Positions 63,085 through 64,000 of a stretch of DNA of 64,000 nucleotides are shown here, in pieces (within the stretch, counting starts at the first letter, position 1; each line of letters begins with the position of its first letter). Below the pieces are notes generated by a model. That model searched no databases. It saw only the letters and a list, made by a program, of their open reading frames with translations, and was not told where the DNA came from. The position numbers and the translations under genes were made by a program. The stretch is from Antedon mediterranea (lineage: Eukaryota > Animalia > Echinodermata). The stretch spans positions 9,858,001 through 9,922,000 of the forward strand of contig NC_092671.1 of assembly GCF_964355755.1 (NCBI RefSeq), given 5' to 3'.

Positions 63085-64000
63085 GGGCTGTGTAAGAGGA
63101 GAATTCAGTTCCAATTCAGCCGATTTACAATTCAGTAATTCACCGGCCAATTTACAATTAAACGGTTTATCTGGAGGTGAGAGGATCACGGTCCAAAAAG
63201 CTTGAGGGGGAAAATTCAACATGATACCAATAAATAAATACACATACATACAAATGATCTTGCATGAAAAAATAATTAGTAGAAAAAATATTTTTTCTTA
63301 TAAATATTTCCAAAGATGAGAATATGTAAAATCCATAATTAAGTAATCCATTATTAATGAACTAAGCGAGGAAAAATGTTTAGTTCACAGATGGTACACT
63401 TGAAGAAAATATCCTTTGCAAGGGACCACTTAACTCCTGTCTGAGCAAGTCCATAATAAATGTAGAATCCACGCACTTAATAATACTTTAAAAAATCAAT
63501 TATCATTTGAAAAACTGAAGGTAAGCAAAACAGGATGTTGAAATTCATTCATAAAATCCTGCGAGAGAAAGGCACCGCTTGGCAAGGAATAATGCAATCA
63601 CACAGTATATCAGCTATCAGCTACACTTTGCAATGTTAATCAGTTATGTTTACACTGATTTGTTGACTAATGCCAAAGTGGCACACACACACACACACGC
63701 ACTTCTCCAGCTAGCAGACAGTGCTGCATGACTTTCGGAAAAACACAAACTACGGCTAGGCTGTACAATTAGGAATTACGTAATTATTATGAATGTCTTC
63801 TAATCATACTGAAACCGTTCCTACAGAAGTGTCTTGTATACTTAACAGCCGGTTACCGTTCAATACAACTACACTAGAATTACCGATTATCAACCAACTC
63901 CCACGCGCTTACTTCCTACGTATATAAACGTATGAAATATTTTGAATTGAAGAGCTAGCTTCGCAAACCATTTTTGCAGAGAACAGCAACAGCGGTGTTT

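Overview
AT-rich metazoan genomic DNA, most likely an invertebrate deuterostome (inferred from spliceosomal introns and a Deu-domain-like SINE). Most of the window is one minus-strand gene, La-related protein 4 (LARP4/4B family). I assembled it by hand into 14 coding exons (63084 down to 12436, 826 aa, all GT-AG with consistent phases) encoding PAM2, La motif, RRM and C-terminal FPPLP and SYA motifs. A convergent plus-strand gene with two coding exons (1793-2046 and 3069-4887, 690 aa) encodes an unrecognised coiled-coil/low-complexity protein. The standout feature lies in the 17-kb intron after the first LARP4 coding exon: a 7.3-kb Tc1-type DNA transposon (47339-54639, CAGT-ended TIRs, TA target duplication). 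It carries an intact, intron-containing DD34E transposase and a second intact three-exon gene encoding a Tudor-like + acidic + coiled-coil + BEN-domain protein. It also has clusters of a repeated CAACG/CGTTG motif, and it is nested inside a CCGTA-ended Tc2/pogo-like MITE. The remainder is introns and UTR with MITEs, SINE/LINE remnants and tandem repeats. Domain calls are by eye, not from database searches.
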